A stretch of DNA of 64,000 bases from positions 22,325 through 86,324 of the IMG/VR virus record IMGVR_UViG_3300031823_000003. One strand, 5' to 3'. A model generated the notes under the pieces. It saw only the letters and a program-made list of their open reading frames with translations, had not been told where the DNA came from and made no database searches. Made by a program: the position numbers and the translations under genes. The first letter of the stretch is position 1. Every line of letters starts with the position of its first letter. This document shows positions 54,452-64,000 of the stretch, piece by piece. Origin of the DNA: a virus.

Positions 54452-54778
54452 ATGCCAGACATTCAGAACAGAGCACAGTACCTTGACTATCAGTCCCGCG
54501 TAGCGTCCTTTATAGCTACCGAAGGACTAACTCACTTATCGACAGGCTGCATACCTTACGGTCAGCCTGACGGCCAGCAAGAAGACAACCAGGACGGCGA
54601 GCCATGGTTCTCATGTCGTCCCTGCGACATGTGCGGATGCACCTTGGGCGGACACCGCGAGTACCTGTTCGGTAAAGATGTGAGCCAAGAGATATGCCAA
54701 TTCACGATCTGCGAGGACTGTGTCTACTACGTGAATTACGGACGTTTGGACGATCAAACAATGGCTCGGATCGAGTAG
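54452..54778 (+). CDS. Early zinc-binding hypothetical protein
   Basis: PWFS..PCDMCG..LGGHR..ICEDC. Confidence 0.7.
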   Translation: MPDIQNRAQYLDYQSRVASFIATEGLTHLSTGCIPYGQPDGQQEDNQDGEPWFSCRPCDMCGCTLGGHREYLFGKDVSQEICQFTICEDCVYYVNYGRLDDQTMARIE

Positions 54779-54961
54779 TGTGGTCAATTAGCCACAAATG
54801 TGTGTCTATTACGCACTATATAGATAGACCAAAAAGACACAATAGTGTGGTAAGTACGCATCAACATGTGCGTATGTCTATGATTAATTATGTAGTTACT
54901 GGTGTGGTGAAATGGCTGGCTGCGCCAATGGCTGGTTTAGTGAATATTAGTGAAATACCAC

Positions 54962-55002
54962 TTGACAACGGACACAGAGAGTGGCAAAGTCGTATACGAC
55001 TT
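54962..55002 (+). promoter_or_regulatory. Early promoter with perfect 16-bp palindromic operator AAGTCGTATACGACTT
   Basis: TTGACA-17 nt-CAAAGT; palindrome at 54987-55002. Confidence 0.6.
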
Positions 55003-55038
55003 ACGGAGCATAGGGCATCGACAGGAGAATCAATCAAT

Positions 55039-58000
55039 ATGACGCACGGAATGCAGATCGGTGACACGCGGGAAATCTGGGGACCGAACAGAGAACGCGC
55101 CGTAGTCAAGTACCACTCGCGCGGCACATTCAATCTGTTAGCCGATGGGATTACAGAGCGGTCGCGCTGGGGTACAGCGGCAGAGATCGAGCGTGATGCC
55201 GATTACTTTATCGCGTATGGCAGATTGCCTGAGCCGGATATGCCGAGATGGTAAGGTCAGGTGTGACTTATGGGAATCCCCGTTGACATCACGGTCAAGG
55301 AACTACGCAGCATAGGCAGACTGTTGCGCGACGAACGGGAAGTCCTGTGCATGGACGAGGAGAGTTATATCAAGGCGTTATTGGTAGCGGTACACAGGCT
55401 GAGCAAGGGGCAGATAGTGCGGGCGAAAGTGGTACGCGCGGGAATGAAGGATTTGACCAAAATTACGGCAAGCGAAGGGAGCAAATGAGATGGCGAAAGA
55501 AACAGAACGCTACATGACGGTGCTCGGCGGATACAAACTCGACATGCATAATCACGGTCACTTACTGCGCGAGACTCTACCGCCTTTGCCGGATGAAGAA
55601 CGCGCCAAAATAACGGACAACCTGGCGCGGGAAGTTCATAAGCCGCATGTCATTTACGGTCTGGATACAATCGGCGTCAACGGCTCGTATGAAGCAACGG
55701 GCGAAGTGCATTTCTACTGCTCGTTGGATCATGCCGAACGGCACGCTATTGCCGAAGGCTACCGTACATCGGCGAACTACAGTAAGCCGGAACGCTCCGA
55801 TGAGCGAGATAGCGGTACACGGTGCGAATGGTGCGGAGAACCGTTGCCGGATTGAGCAGATGGGCAGTGGGCAGTGTAGCGGAGTAACTCCTGAGCGATG
55901 CGCCGGTACGGCGGTCAGCGTATGGGCGCATCACTGAGCGGTTAGCGGTATCGGAGGGACGCTATGAGCAAAATCGGCGAAGTGCGAGAAGTCATCGACG
56001 GAAGGCACGTCATGGGAACAACCGACGGATTACGCGACTATCACGCGGCGCGGGAAGCCGTCATGTCATCGTGCCGCAAGAAAGATCCATACGCCAAGCT
56101 GGCGGCTATTAAGACGGCACTAAAAAACTACAACGTGAGAGTGACTCTTAGCCCGGTTATGGACGTGATGATTACATCCGGTTTGGATGGGTCGGGACAG
56201 TACACGGTTATCTAGGAATCAAGTCGAGTCAAAATTAAACGGGAGGACAGTTACGCTATGAAATTCACTAGCTATGACGTGAAAGTTACAGGCATCGCTT
56301 GGGCAGGATACAAAGCGAGCACGGAGTATCACTTTGACTATCAGCCGACAAGAGCGGAAGTAATTGCCGGAGCGGGAGACTTTCAGAAAGTGACCCGCAT
56401 ACAGGTGACGGAGCGGACACTGACGCTGAATACGCGCGCGGGACTGGCGAAGGAATCGCCGAAGCCGAAGGAGTCACTGTGCAGTCACTAGCGCACAGGC
56501 AGCACATTGCCGGAAGAGTCAGTCATGCCGATTGTTCGGAGTGCCGCGCGGATTGTGAGCGGCGATTCGTGGACCGTGTACAGGGCGGGCAGTGGCGGTA
56601 TGCACATGTCGGCGAGTACCTAGCGTATATTCGTCCGCGATTGACCGCATTGCAAACAGGCGAGTACGCGGACGATCCGGACGCCAGAGCGTGGCAGAGG
56701 AAATTTGTCAAGGCGCTGCATACACGGATATCTCTCAAAGTGGCGGACACAGGTGGACGATGCAACGGCAGAAAGTTTTCCCACGGATACCTGGAACGAT
56801 TGAAGATGACAAGATTTCCTGGAAGCCGGGCGGACGCAGGGTATCTGAGACGGTTTGCGGATCGTGGGGCGAGCTGTCTGGATTATCGGTAGATCAATCG
56901 GGAGGAGTTATGAAAACGGGAATGACAGGTGCGGTAGTGGCTGTAGTGGTGCTGGCATTGGCGCTGACGGTTATGGCATCACACGGATCGTCGCGTACAC
57001 AGTCTGTGTCTACAGTTGACCGGGTGGATCGGGCGGTAATCGTGCCGTCCGATTGCCCGCTGTGCTCGGCGGCGAAAGAGCCGATAGTGATTGAGCTGAT
57101 AGACGGCTCGGCGGAATTGCCGATAGAGTGTCCGGCGGAAAGGAAATGCATATGAGCCACTGCAAGGGACTTGCGGAAACGAAAGTAACCGTGGACGGCG
57201 TGATATTCGCTTTCAGGCATCGCCGCTACGGAAAACAGATATTCACTTGGCTGTTTTACAAAGACGCCGACGATAAATGGCAGGAGTATCGGTATGATCC
57301 ATGGATGTCCAGTAAAGTGCCTAATGCCGACTTGAAGCGGATTGCAGCCGAGCTAAAAAGCAAAGTTGACCCATACCTAGAATTGCGGGAAGTATGCGAA
57401 ATGTTCGATGTGGGTGTGATGCAGGACTATTGGCCCGGAACAGATGATCATCCCGAAGCGGGTCACCCGATGTTTTCTCTCGGACAAAATACCGAAGTTA
57501 CAGCGGGGATACGCGGGTTCCGTCTGACTCCTTGGTTTGATTCGCCCCTTCAATTGGCCGAGTTCTGCCACAGGAATTACTGCAAGTTCTGTGAACTCAA
57601 GTCCGCTGATACTGAGTCGGTACCCGATGCCACAGGATGGATGTGATTTATGAAACATGAGCAAGAGCAACAGAAAGTCGAGCACTGGCAAGCGCACACA
57701 GGCGACGATTACACGGTGGTTATGGCCGACGGCGAATGCACTGATAACGCAAGCATCAGGGTGTACGGTCCCCACGCTAAAGAGTTGGGAGAGCAGATTG
57801 CCAAAAGATTGAATGTCTCAGGCGATTTACTGGCCAAAGCATGGGGAAGGTACGAGCGCTTGTTTGGTGTAGTGCCTCATGGGACGCGCAAACAGATGGC
57901 GGCGCTGTTGGAGTTGATTCCATAGCAGGAGTGACGGACACGGATGGAGGGACTGGCAATGGGAGATAACGATTATCGCATCGGCATGCAGATGGATGAC

Positions 58001-59042
58001 GACGACTGCGAGCGATTATACGAGCAGCCACAAGCACAGGATGAGGCACAGGCTGAACGACAGATGCATCCATGGACGATCGGGCGGATTGGACGTATCG
58101 GTCAGGTTATCGCCGCCATCGTGCTGCTGGCGGGCGTGATGGGAGTGGCGTGGTTGTACTGGACGATGGTAATAGCGGCGAGCGGCGGCAATGGGACTCG
58201 CTGACAGCCATCCGTGTAGGGAACGGTGCCCGTTTGCAGGCTGTAGCTGTCCCTGTTTTGGGCATAGCGGACACACGTCCGGCGCAATCTGCGGCAGAAA
58301 GACAGTACCGGACCTGCATAGCTGTAAAAACAATCACGTGTGGGGGACACAGGCAGACCAGCGGGAAGTGTTGCGGGCGAACGAGCGGGAAGCGCGCAGA
58401 GAGGTCAGGGAGCATATCAAGGGCTGCGTGAAATGTACGGCGGAGGTAATGAGGCTGGGATAGGGGGGACGGGGAGATAGGGGGCTGAAATCGCCCAGGA
58501 TTGAGCGCAGTAGGCATTCTAAAGGGTCTGGAGATCAAGGGAGGATACCGGGGCCGTGACAATCAAAGAGTTTTACTTTACGGAAATCAGTTTTGAGGGG
58601 AAGCCCATACCAGTCGTGTGCGTGACCTTCGAGCACAAAGATGGCAAGTGTCAAGTGTATTACTGGACCGCTGATGGATTAAGAAAGCGGATCGGCGATG
58701 TAACCCTGATCCGGGCGCTGGCCGGGGACTGACAACATGGGCATCGATATGAATATCAATCTGAGATTCGACCGCCTGATCGGGGTCACGGATATCCCAC
58801 CGATGACTATTGAGCTGAGAGTGGGGCCGCCACAGATAACCGGGACGATTGGCGGCAGGGAAATTGTCACGGCTGGCACCTGGCTGATGCGATGTGAGGA
58901 GACCGGCGGGCAGTGGGTGGACGCGCCGGTGCGCGGGAGCCTGAGCGTGGACGAGGTGCGGAAAGAGTTAGCCGTGGAGTGGCCATTGCATCGAGTGGAG
59001 TGGCCGGAGCAGGGCGGGAAATACTACTGGAGCGATTGCTGA
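55039..59042 (+). CDS. Cluster of small early hypothetical genes (55039-55254, 55270-55488, 55490-55855, 55964-56215, 56258-56491, 56479-56892, 56910-57155, 57152-57646, 57650-57925, 57944-58204, 58191-58463, 58556-58732, 58737-59042)
   Basis: Co-oriented, most with GGAG-type RBS, typical host-takeover region; no family recognised. Confidence 0.55.
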
Positions 59043-59095
59043 CTTCCTCCGTGGATACATTCACCGCCATTTTTATATCTGGATTGGTTGCAATT

Positions 59096-59520
59096 ATGGC
59101 AAAGCAAACACCAAGTGTTAGGAAATCTGCGGCTGATGACTTTTATGTAAAGTGTCCGCCCCGTCAGTCCAGTCTTTCTTCTCTGCTCCTCCCCTCCGCC
59201 TTTCGTCCAGCTGATTGTGAGGAACTTGACTTCGGATTCCGAGCAGCACGAGCATCGGCGACACTACACAGGACGAACAACCGAAAGATGAACTGGACCA
59301 AGGCTGGGATTTCGAGCCGGAAGACGAATTGGACGAACGGGACGGCGAATTGGACGATGAGAGTAGTGAGCCGGATGCAGGGCAATCGGATACAGACCGC
59401 AATCCGAAACCCGAGCCTGAGTCTGTTAAGCGTCCGGCTGAACGTCCTGCTAAGCGATCCAGACAGGCGGCGCGGCGGCCAGCGAATACGAAAGGAGGGA
59501 AAAAGGCCAAAAAGCACTAG
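59096..59520 (+). CDS. Acidic/basic low-complexity protein, apparently frameshifted
   Basis: MAKQTP frame plus an acidic frame open from 59230 to TAG at 59520. Confidence 0.4.
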
Positions 59521-59541
59521 AATCACAGATGTCTAATTGGG

Positions 59542-59577
59542 AGGGGGCAGATTTTCGGGAATCTGTCCCCTATTTTT
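59542..59577 (+). terminator. Intrinsic terminator
   Basis: AGGGGGCAGATT/AATCTGTCCCCT stem followed by ATTTTT. Confidence 0.75.
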
Positions 59578-59619
59578 GTGCCTGCTTGAACTGAGCAGGA
59601 GATTTTTCGCGTGAGAGGG

Positions 59620-59860
59620 GGTACAATGGATGGACATTGGCACCTAAGTTTAATGTACACATATACTTATATTAATGTCCAAGCGTTTCAATGTTTAAGC
59701 AATGTCTTGGACAAGTTAAATCTAGTTTTTGGCTTGGACAGACATTTTAAGTGACTGATTATTATATTAGTTACGCTCAATGTCCATGATGTCTATGCTA
59801 TGATTCTATCTTTAAACCCTTGTTGCGTATTATACCTGCTGGATGATACTATAGATGTCC
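59620..59860. other. Candidate replication origin (AT-rich, AATGTC/GACATT iteron-like repeats)
   Basis: Repeated AATGT(C/T/A) and GACA(TT) units in both orientations in an AT-rich gap near the ATPase gene. Confidence 0.45.
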
Positions 59861-59861
59861 T

Positions 59862-60365
59862 ATGCCTAAACCAGCGTATTACTACCAAAAGAGATGCGTA
59901 CAGAAACAACGCCGCCTAGTCATGGCTTTGCTGGGCAAGCGGTGTAAGCGGTGCGGGTTCGACGATGAACACGCTCTACAGTTAGATCATGTGGCAGGCG
60001 GAGGAGGGAGAGAGCTGCGAACATTAGGAAGTTACGGGCTTTACAAAAAAGTGCTGTCTTGCAGAGGAGAAGGTTATCAGATTTTGTGCGCGAACTGTAA
60101 TTGGATCAAGCGACACGAAAATAGCGAAAAACGAAATGGTTCATTCGTGCGAATGGCCTCCAGCGAAGGCGGGCTGCTAATGCTGACGCCTCAGCAATCC
60201 GAAGAGAAACGGAGAACTCTGCTGGCTCGGATTGAAAGGCTAAAAGTGTGGATAGAGAAGTGTAAGGATAAATGTCTGGTAACACAAACGAGTAAAGCGA
60301 TAGCAGAGATGTCCAAACTGGAGGGAGAGTTTATTAACCTATTTGGCAGACTACCGACTGTGTAG
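59862..60365 (+). CDS. HNH-type endonuclease
   Basis: CKRCG..LQLDHV..YQILCANCN. Confidence 0.8.
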   Translation: MPKPAYYYQKRCVQKQRRLVMALLGKRCKRCGFDDEHALQLDHVAGGGGRELRTLGSYGLYKKVLSCRGEGYQILCANCNWIKRHENSEKRNGSFVRMASSEGGLLMLTPQQSEEKRRTLLARIERLKVWIEKCKDKCLVTQTSKAIAEMSKLEGEFINLFGRLPTV

Positions 60366-60387
60366 CGGTCATTGATTTTGGACCAAT

Positions 60388-61407
60388 CTATTGGACTGTC
60401 GGAGTGACGTACCAGCCGTGGCCGCCATCCAGCAATCTACCCTGTCGCATCAGTACCGTGATGTAGTTCATCATGGAGGATCGGGCGACCACGCCTAGTT
60501 CGCGCCCCATTTCCAGCAGATCAGCGGTAGAGATGCGCTGGCCGGGGCCGCGCACTTCGATCAGGATGGCAATTTCGTCCAGACGTTCGGGCGAGTCCGC
60601 GCTGCCATCTTCGGATATCTCGCAGAGCTTGCCTTCGCCGCTGAATCGGTAAGAGAGCGTGAATGCGGCGGCGCGTTTGGGCATGACGGTGACAGTCCGG
60701 CGGTCGCTGCGGGGATTGTTTGGAGCTTTAGGTTCAATAGCGATAAAGGTGTCGGATAGTTCAGTCCAGGCGGTTGCCCCCAGCAAGCGGTCGATAGAGC
60801 GTATGGCGGATCGGTTGTCTTTGGGCTTGGCGCATCGGCTGGTGGCGATTACGGTAATCTGCTTCTGCTTCATGTCGCGTATCATGCCGGAGAGAAAATC
60901 GCCGATGACCACGTTGTCCATGCCGGAGCTGCCGGCGATGTAGAGAATGCCGTCGAGGAAGATGACTTCCACGTCAGGCTCGACGGAACAGGCCAGATCG
61001 TATACGTTGTCAAAGTTCTTTTTACAGGCGTTGTCGATCAGGGAAACCATCGGGATTCGGATAGAACTGCTGATGCCAGCGCATCGCGCGGCTTCTTGGC
61101 AGGAGTTCATGGAGTGATTGCAGGACACGTAGCAGAACGGCGCGGGATGCGATGGGTACCCGAATACATTGAGGTGCTGGCTCCATTGTTCCATGATATG
61201 GAACAACAGCATGGTCTTGCCAGCGTGAGATGGACCGCCGATGAGATGGAGTTCGTGGCGGGCGAACAGGGTATCGACGATGAAACGGGATCGGCGGACG
61301 AGAGGCCGAGTCTGGGATGGAGAGTTGGGCGATTCGAGCGATCCGGGCAATTCTGGCTGAATGGGTTTGGTCGCAGCCGCAGGGGGCTTGCGCTTGGCTT
61401 TAGGCAC
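60388..61407 (-). CDS. RecA-family AAA ATPase (AAA_25 / RepA-type helicase-like)
   Basis: GPSHAGKT Walker A, VIFLDG Walker B, LLGATAW. Confidence 0.8.
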   Translation of the reverse strand: MPKAKRKPPAAATKPIQPELPGSLESPNSPSQTRPLVRRSRFIVDTLFARHELHLIGGPSHAGKTMLLFHIMEQWSQHLNVFGYPSHPAPFCYVSCNHSMNSCQEAARCAGISSSIRIPMVSLIDNACKKNFDNVYDLACSVEPDVEVIFLDGILYIAGSSGMDNVVIGDFLSGMIRDMKQKQITVIATSRCAKPKDNRSAIRSIDRLLGATAWTELSDTFIAIEPKAPNNPRSDRRTVTVMPKRAAAFTLSYRFSGEGKLCEISEDGSADSPERLDEIAILIEVRGPGQRISTADLLEMGRELGVVARSSMMNYITVLMRQGRLLDGGHGWYVTPTVQ

Positions 61408-61522
61408 GAAAGAGGCTCCGCGTACAACTGACGATGATGGTAATTGGGTGGGACCGAATAAATTCTATACCTGATTGACAGGAATGCAAGAACTATGGGC
61501 GGGATTGGGCAAAATTATTTTC

Positions 61523-61551
61523 TTGACAAGGTGTCATCATGGTGTCAATAT
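61523..61551 (+). promoter_or_regulatory. Promoter with GGTGTCA direct repeat upstream of a second RHH gene
   Basis: TTGACA-17 nt-CAATAT; GGTGTCA at 61530 and 61541; GTG start 7 nt downstream. Confidence 0.55.
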
Positions 61552-61558
61552 GAGGCGC

Positions 61559-61753
61559 GTGACGGACAGTAAAACTCCCGAAGTGAAAAAGAAGCGGCGC
61601 AAGGTGGGCCTGCGCCTGCGCTTCCGGACACGCAGGGACTTGGACGAGGTGCGCAGGGCGGCCAGTATCCGGGGCCAGTCGATGAACGCTTATATCGTGT
61701 CGCATATTGTGGCACAGGCCCGGACGCATCTGTCGTACAGGGACGAACTGTAA
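61559..61753 (+). CDS. Arc/RHH-like (DUF1778-like) DNA-binding protein
   Basis: LRLRF..LDEVRRAASIRGQSMNAYIV. Confidence 0.7.
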   Translation: MTDSKTPEVKKKRRKVGLRLRFRTRRDLDEVRRAASIRGQSMNAYIVSHIVAQARTHLSYRDEL

Positions 61754-62655
61754 TGGACGCTGAAGAGGAAGCCAAGTTCATCCGGTTCCGCGAAGTGGCC
61801 TACCCGGGCAAGACAAAGCGCCGGAGAAAAATACGATATTCGAGCGCCGATGTTTGCGGGATATTGCAACGTTCTGCGAATCGGAGACGCGGAAGTATAG
61901 GTCGCTGCCTAAGATGGCGATTGAAGGGTAGACACAAAATGACATCAGTGCGTGGCGTCAGACAACTGCGGAACAAGCTCAGCATCCGGGCGCGTAACAA
62001 GTACGATGAAATCCTGAGATCGTACAGCAGTGAAATGATCCAGCGGGATTTCCGGCAGTTTGTGATTCAGCATATCGCCGCTATTGCTCCTGAGCTGCTG
62101 ATTGAAGCAGTGGTGCGGGCGGAGGCGGAGATCGAAAGGCAGGACGGATAATGGGCGCAATGGTCACTATTATTGTCGCAGTAACCCAATCCGACATCGA
62201 CAACGGTATCCGCTCGGACTGCTGGAAGTGCCCGATTGCACTGGCACTATGGCGTGTAACAGGATGGAAATGGATCGTCGGCGGATACTCTGCCTCTTAT
62301 CCCGAAAGCAGAGGAGCATACCCTATAGGACATCATGATGCCATGTGTGAATTACCGGAATCGGTGTGGCCTGTCCTGCCGTTCGAGTTCAAGATGCAGG
62401 TGCCGGAATGGGTAATGAGTGGCGGCAAGGTGAAAGTTGAAGTGCTGGCGTAAGCACAGATTACAGATTGGGGTAGCGTCCATGCGTGAACTGTTCAACA
62501 AAGTATCCGATGCGGGAGTGGTCGCGCTGGCCGTCGTGGTGTTCGCCGGGATCGTCGCCAGGTTCGCGGTGTATGCGTATTGCGATGTCCGGGATGTGTG
62601 GCGGAGACGGGCGCACAGCGGCGAGAACGGGGACTTGGATAGGGATAAGGAGTAG
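61753..62655 (+). CDS. Three small hypothetical genes (61753-62151, 62151-62453, 62482-62655)
   Basis: TAATG couplings; the last has a TM helix. Confidence 0.55.
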
Positions 62656-62660
62656 TCGAT

Positions 62661-63461
62661 ATGGCGGTTCAATTCGGCAAAGAGATCAATCGCACATCGG
62701 AATATCGGGCACTCCCCGAGCATATTGTCATTCGGCCCGCGCTCAACGGCCGGCATGACCTCCCGGATATTGAGTGGCTGATACAGGACATCCTCGCCAA
62801 TGGTCAGCATACTCCGGTGGTCGTTCGCAAGGACGGCGATCGGCCTGTATTATGCGCGGGATTCAGCAGGTACAGGGCAGTGTCGGAGATTAACCGGCGC
62901 AAACTGGTCACGACACCGATGCAGCTCAGGTGTACGTACACTCAGGCGAACGAGCAAGAGGGATTTCTGCTGGCGATTTCCGAGAACCATATGCGGAATG
63001 CGCTGACGGACTTGGACTATGCTCACAACATCAAGATGCTGATGAAAAAGTGGGCGATGACCGAGGAGCAGGTAGCGAACGTTTATTTCCCCGGAGCGGC
63101 AGATGGGAAGTTGAAAGAAGCGGTAAAGTTTGTGCGGCAACGTGCGGCGCTGATTAACCTGTCACCGGAAGCAGAGAAAGCGATGGCGGATGGCAGGCTG
63201 AAAGGGAGCGCGGCGCGGGCGATTGCTAAATTATCGCAGGCACAGCAGACGGAGTTGATTAAGAAGCAGCCGGAAGGGGCGGTGAAGATCAAAGCGTCAG
63301 GTGGTGGTCATAACAACGGCGCTGCCAACCGCAATCATCAGAATAGTCTCCGGCGGTCGATCCAGTCGGCGATTAACACGGGCAAGGTGAGCGTGAATGG
63401 CAGGCAGTACGAGTTGGACGAGGATGTAGTGGCGTGGCTGTCGATGCTGATAGACGGGTAG
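62661..63461 (+). CDS. ParB/Spo0J-like N-terminal domain protein
   Basis: LIQDILANGQHTPVVV..AGFSRYRA..ISENHMRNALT. Confidence 0.85.
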   Translation: MAVQFGKEINRTSEYRALPEHIVIRPALNGRHDLPDIEWLIQDILANGQHTPVVVRKDGDRPVLCAGFSRYRAVSEINRRKLVTTPMQLRCTYTQANEQEGFLLAISENHMRNALTDLDYAHNIKMLMKKWAMTEEQVANVYFPGAADGKLKEAVKFVRQRAALINLSPEAEKAMADGRLKGSAARAIAKLSQAQQTELIKKQPEGAVKIKASGGGHNNGAANRNHQNSLRRSIQSAINTGKVSVNGRQYELDEDVVAWLSMLIDG

Positions 63462-63525
63462 TGGGAATGTCTTGCTAGAGCATTCAGACATATCGATGCT
63501 GAATGTTCAGTGGAGGATATTCCAA

Positions 63526-63825
63526 GTGGCGAAAAAACAAAACGGTAAATATGTAATCGTTCGCACTTACTCTGCTGGTGTATTTGCGGGAACTATCGAA
63601 TCACGCAGTGGCCAAGAAGTTGTCCTGACGAATGCACGCCGACTGTGGTATTGGGCTGGTGCGGCATCGCTGTCTCAATTGGCGGTTGATGGTACGAGCA
63701 GGCCCGGTGATTGTAAGTTTCCGGTAGCAGTACCGCGAGTGGAACTCTTGCAGGCAATTGAAATTTTGGATGTAACAGAGAAGGCCAAAACTAGTATCGA
63801 AGGAGTGAAAGTATGGCAACAATAG
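63526..63825 (+). CDS. DUF6948-like phage protein
   Basis: YVIVRTYSAGVFAG..LTNARRLWYWAGAASLSQLA..G; GGAGG RBS. Confidence 0.8.
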   Translation: MAKKQNGKYVIVRTYSAGVFAGTIESRSGQEVVLTNARRLWYWAGAASLSQLAVDGTSRPGDCKFPVAVPRVELLQAIEILDVTEKAKTSIEGVKVWQQ

Positions 63826-64000
63826 GTTACGGTTACGGTTCCGGTTCCGGTTACGGTTACGGTTCCGGTGACGGTTACGGTGACGGTTCCGGTTACGGTT
63901 CCGGTTCCGGTTACGGTTACGGTTCCGGTGACGGTTACGGTGACGGTTCCGGTTACGGTTCCGGTGACGGTTCCGGTTACGGTTACGGTTACGGTGACGG
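63813..64000 (+). CDS. Gly-(Tyr/Ser/Asp) dipeptide-repeat protein, partial
   Basis: MATIGYGYGSGSGYGYGSGDG...; AAGGAG RBS; runs off the window. Confidence 0.75.
   Translation, partial: MATIGYGYGSGSGYGYGSGDGYGDGSGYGSGSGYGYGSGDGYGDGSGYGSGDGSGYGYGYGD
63825..64000 (+). repeat. Hexamer tandem repeat GGTTAC/GGTTCC/GGTGAC with an exact 60-bp duplication
   Basis: 63841-63900 is identical to 63901-63960. Confidence 0.95.

Noticed and set aside
63825-64000. Possible CRISPR array
   Set aside because: Hexamer coding repeat with no unique spacers and no cas genes.
1-64000. Alternative genetic code, integrase, DNA polymerase, endolysin
   Set aside because: Core genes are intact in the standard code. None of these enzymes was recognisable; they may lie outside the window.

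Overview
The window is a slice of a tailed dsDNA bacteriophage or prophage genome with podovirus-like architecture. No tape measure, sheath, integrase, rRNA, tRNA or CRISPR array was recognised. A minus-strand arm (~53.1 kb to base 1) carries small accessory genes, a HerA-like ATPase, a probable terminase small subunit, terminase large subunit, portal, scaffold, major capsid, three adaptor-like proteins, a nozzle-like tail protein and ejection-type proteins. A plus-strand arm (~53.7 kb onward) carries small early genes, an AT-rich origin candidate, a ParB-like protein and a DUF6948-like/Gly-repeat pair, with a minus-strand RecA-type ATPase embedded. Most unusual features: (1) an acyl carrier protein and a GNAT-like protein directly upstream of an ejection-type protein starting MGKG, a candidate virion-protein acylation module; (2) ~15 kb of Cys-rich fibre, beta-helix and phospholipase C-family genes at the tail-fibre position, nearly all with signal peptides and two sharing an RVTPGT motif; (3) a stand-alone JAB/JAMM peptidase, a DUF6527-like protein and a stand-alone ArgRS N-terminal domain inside the packaging module; (4) a hairpin-dense non-coding gap in the tail operon and a CGTATACG operator network. 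All family calls come from motifs read by eye, not database searches. An Acidobacteriota-like host is only an impression.
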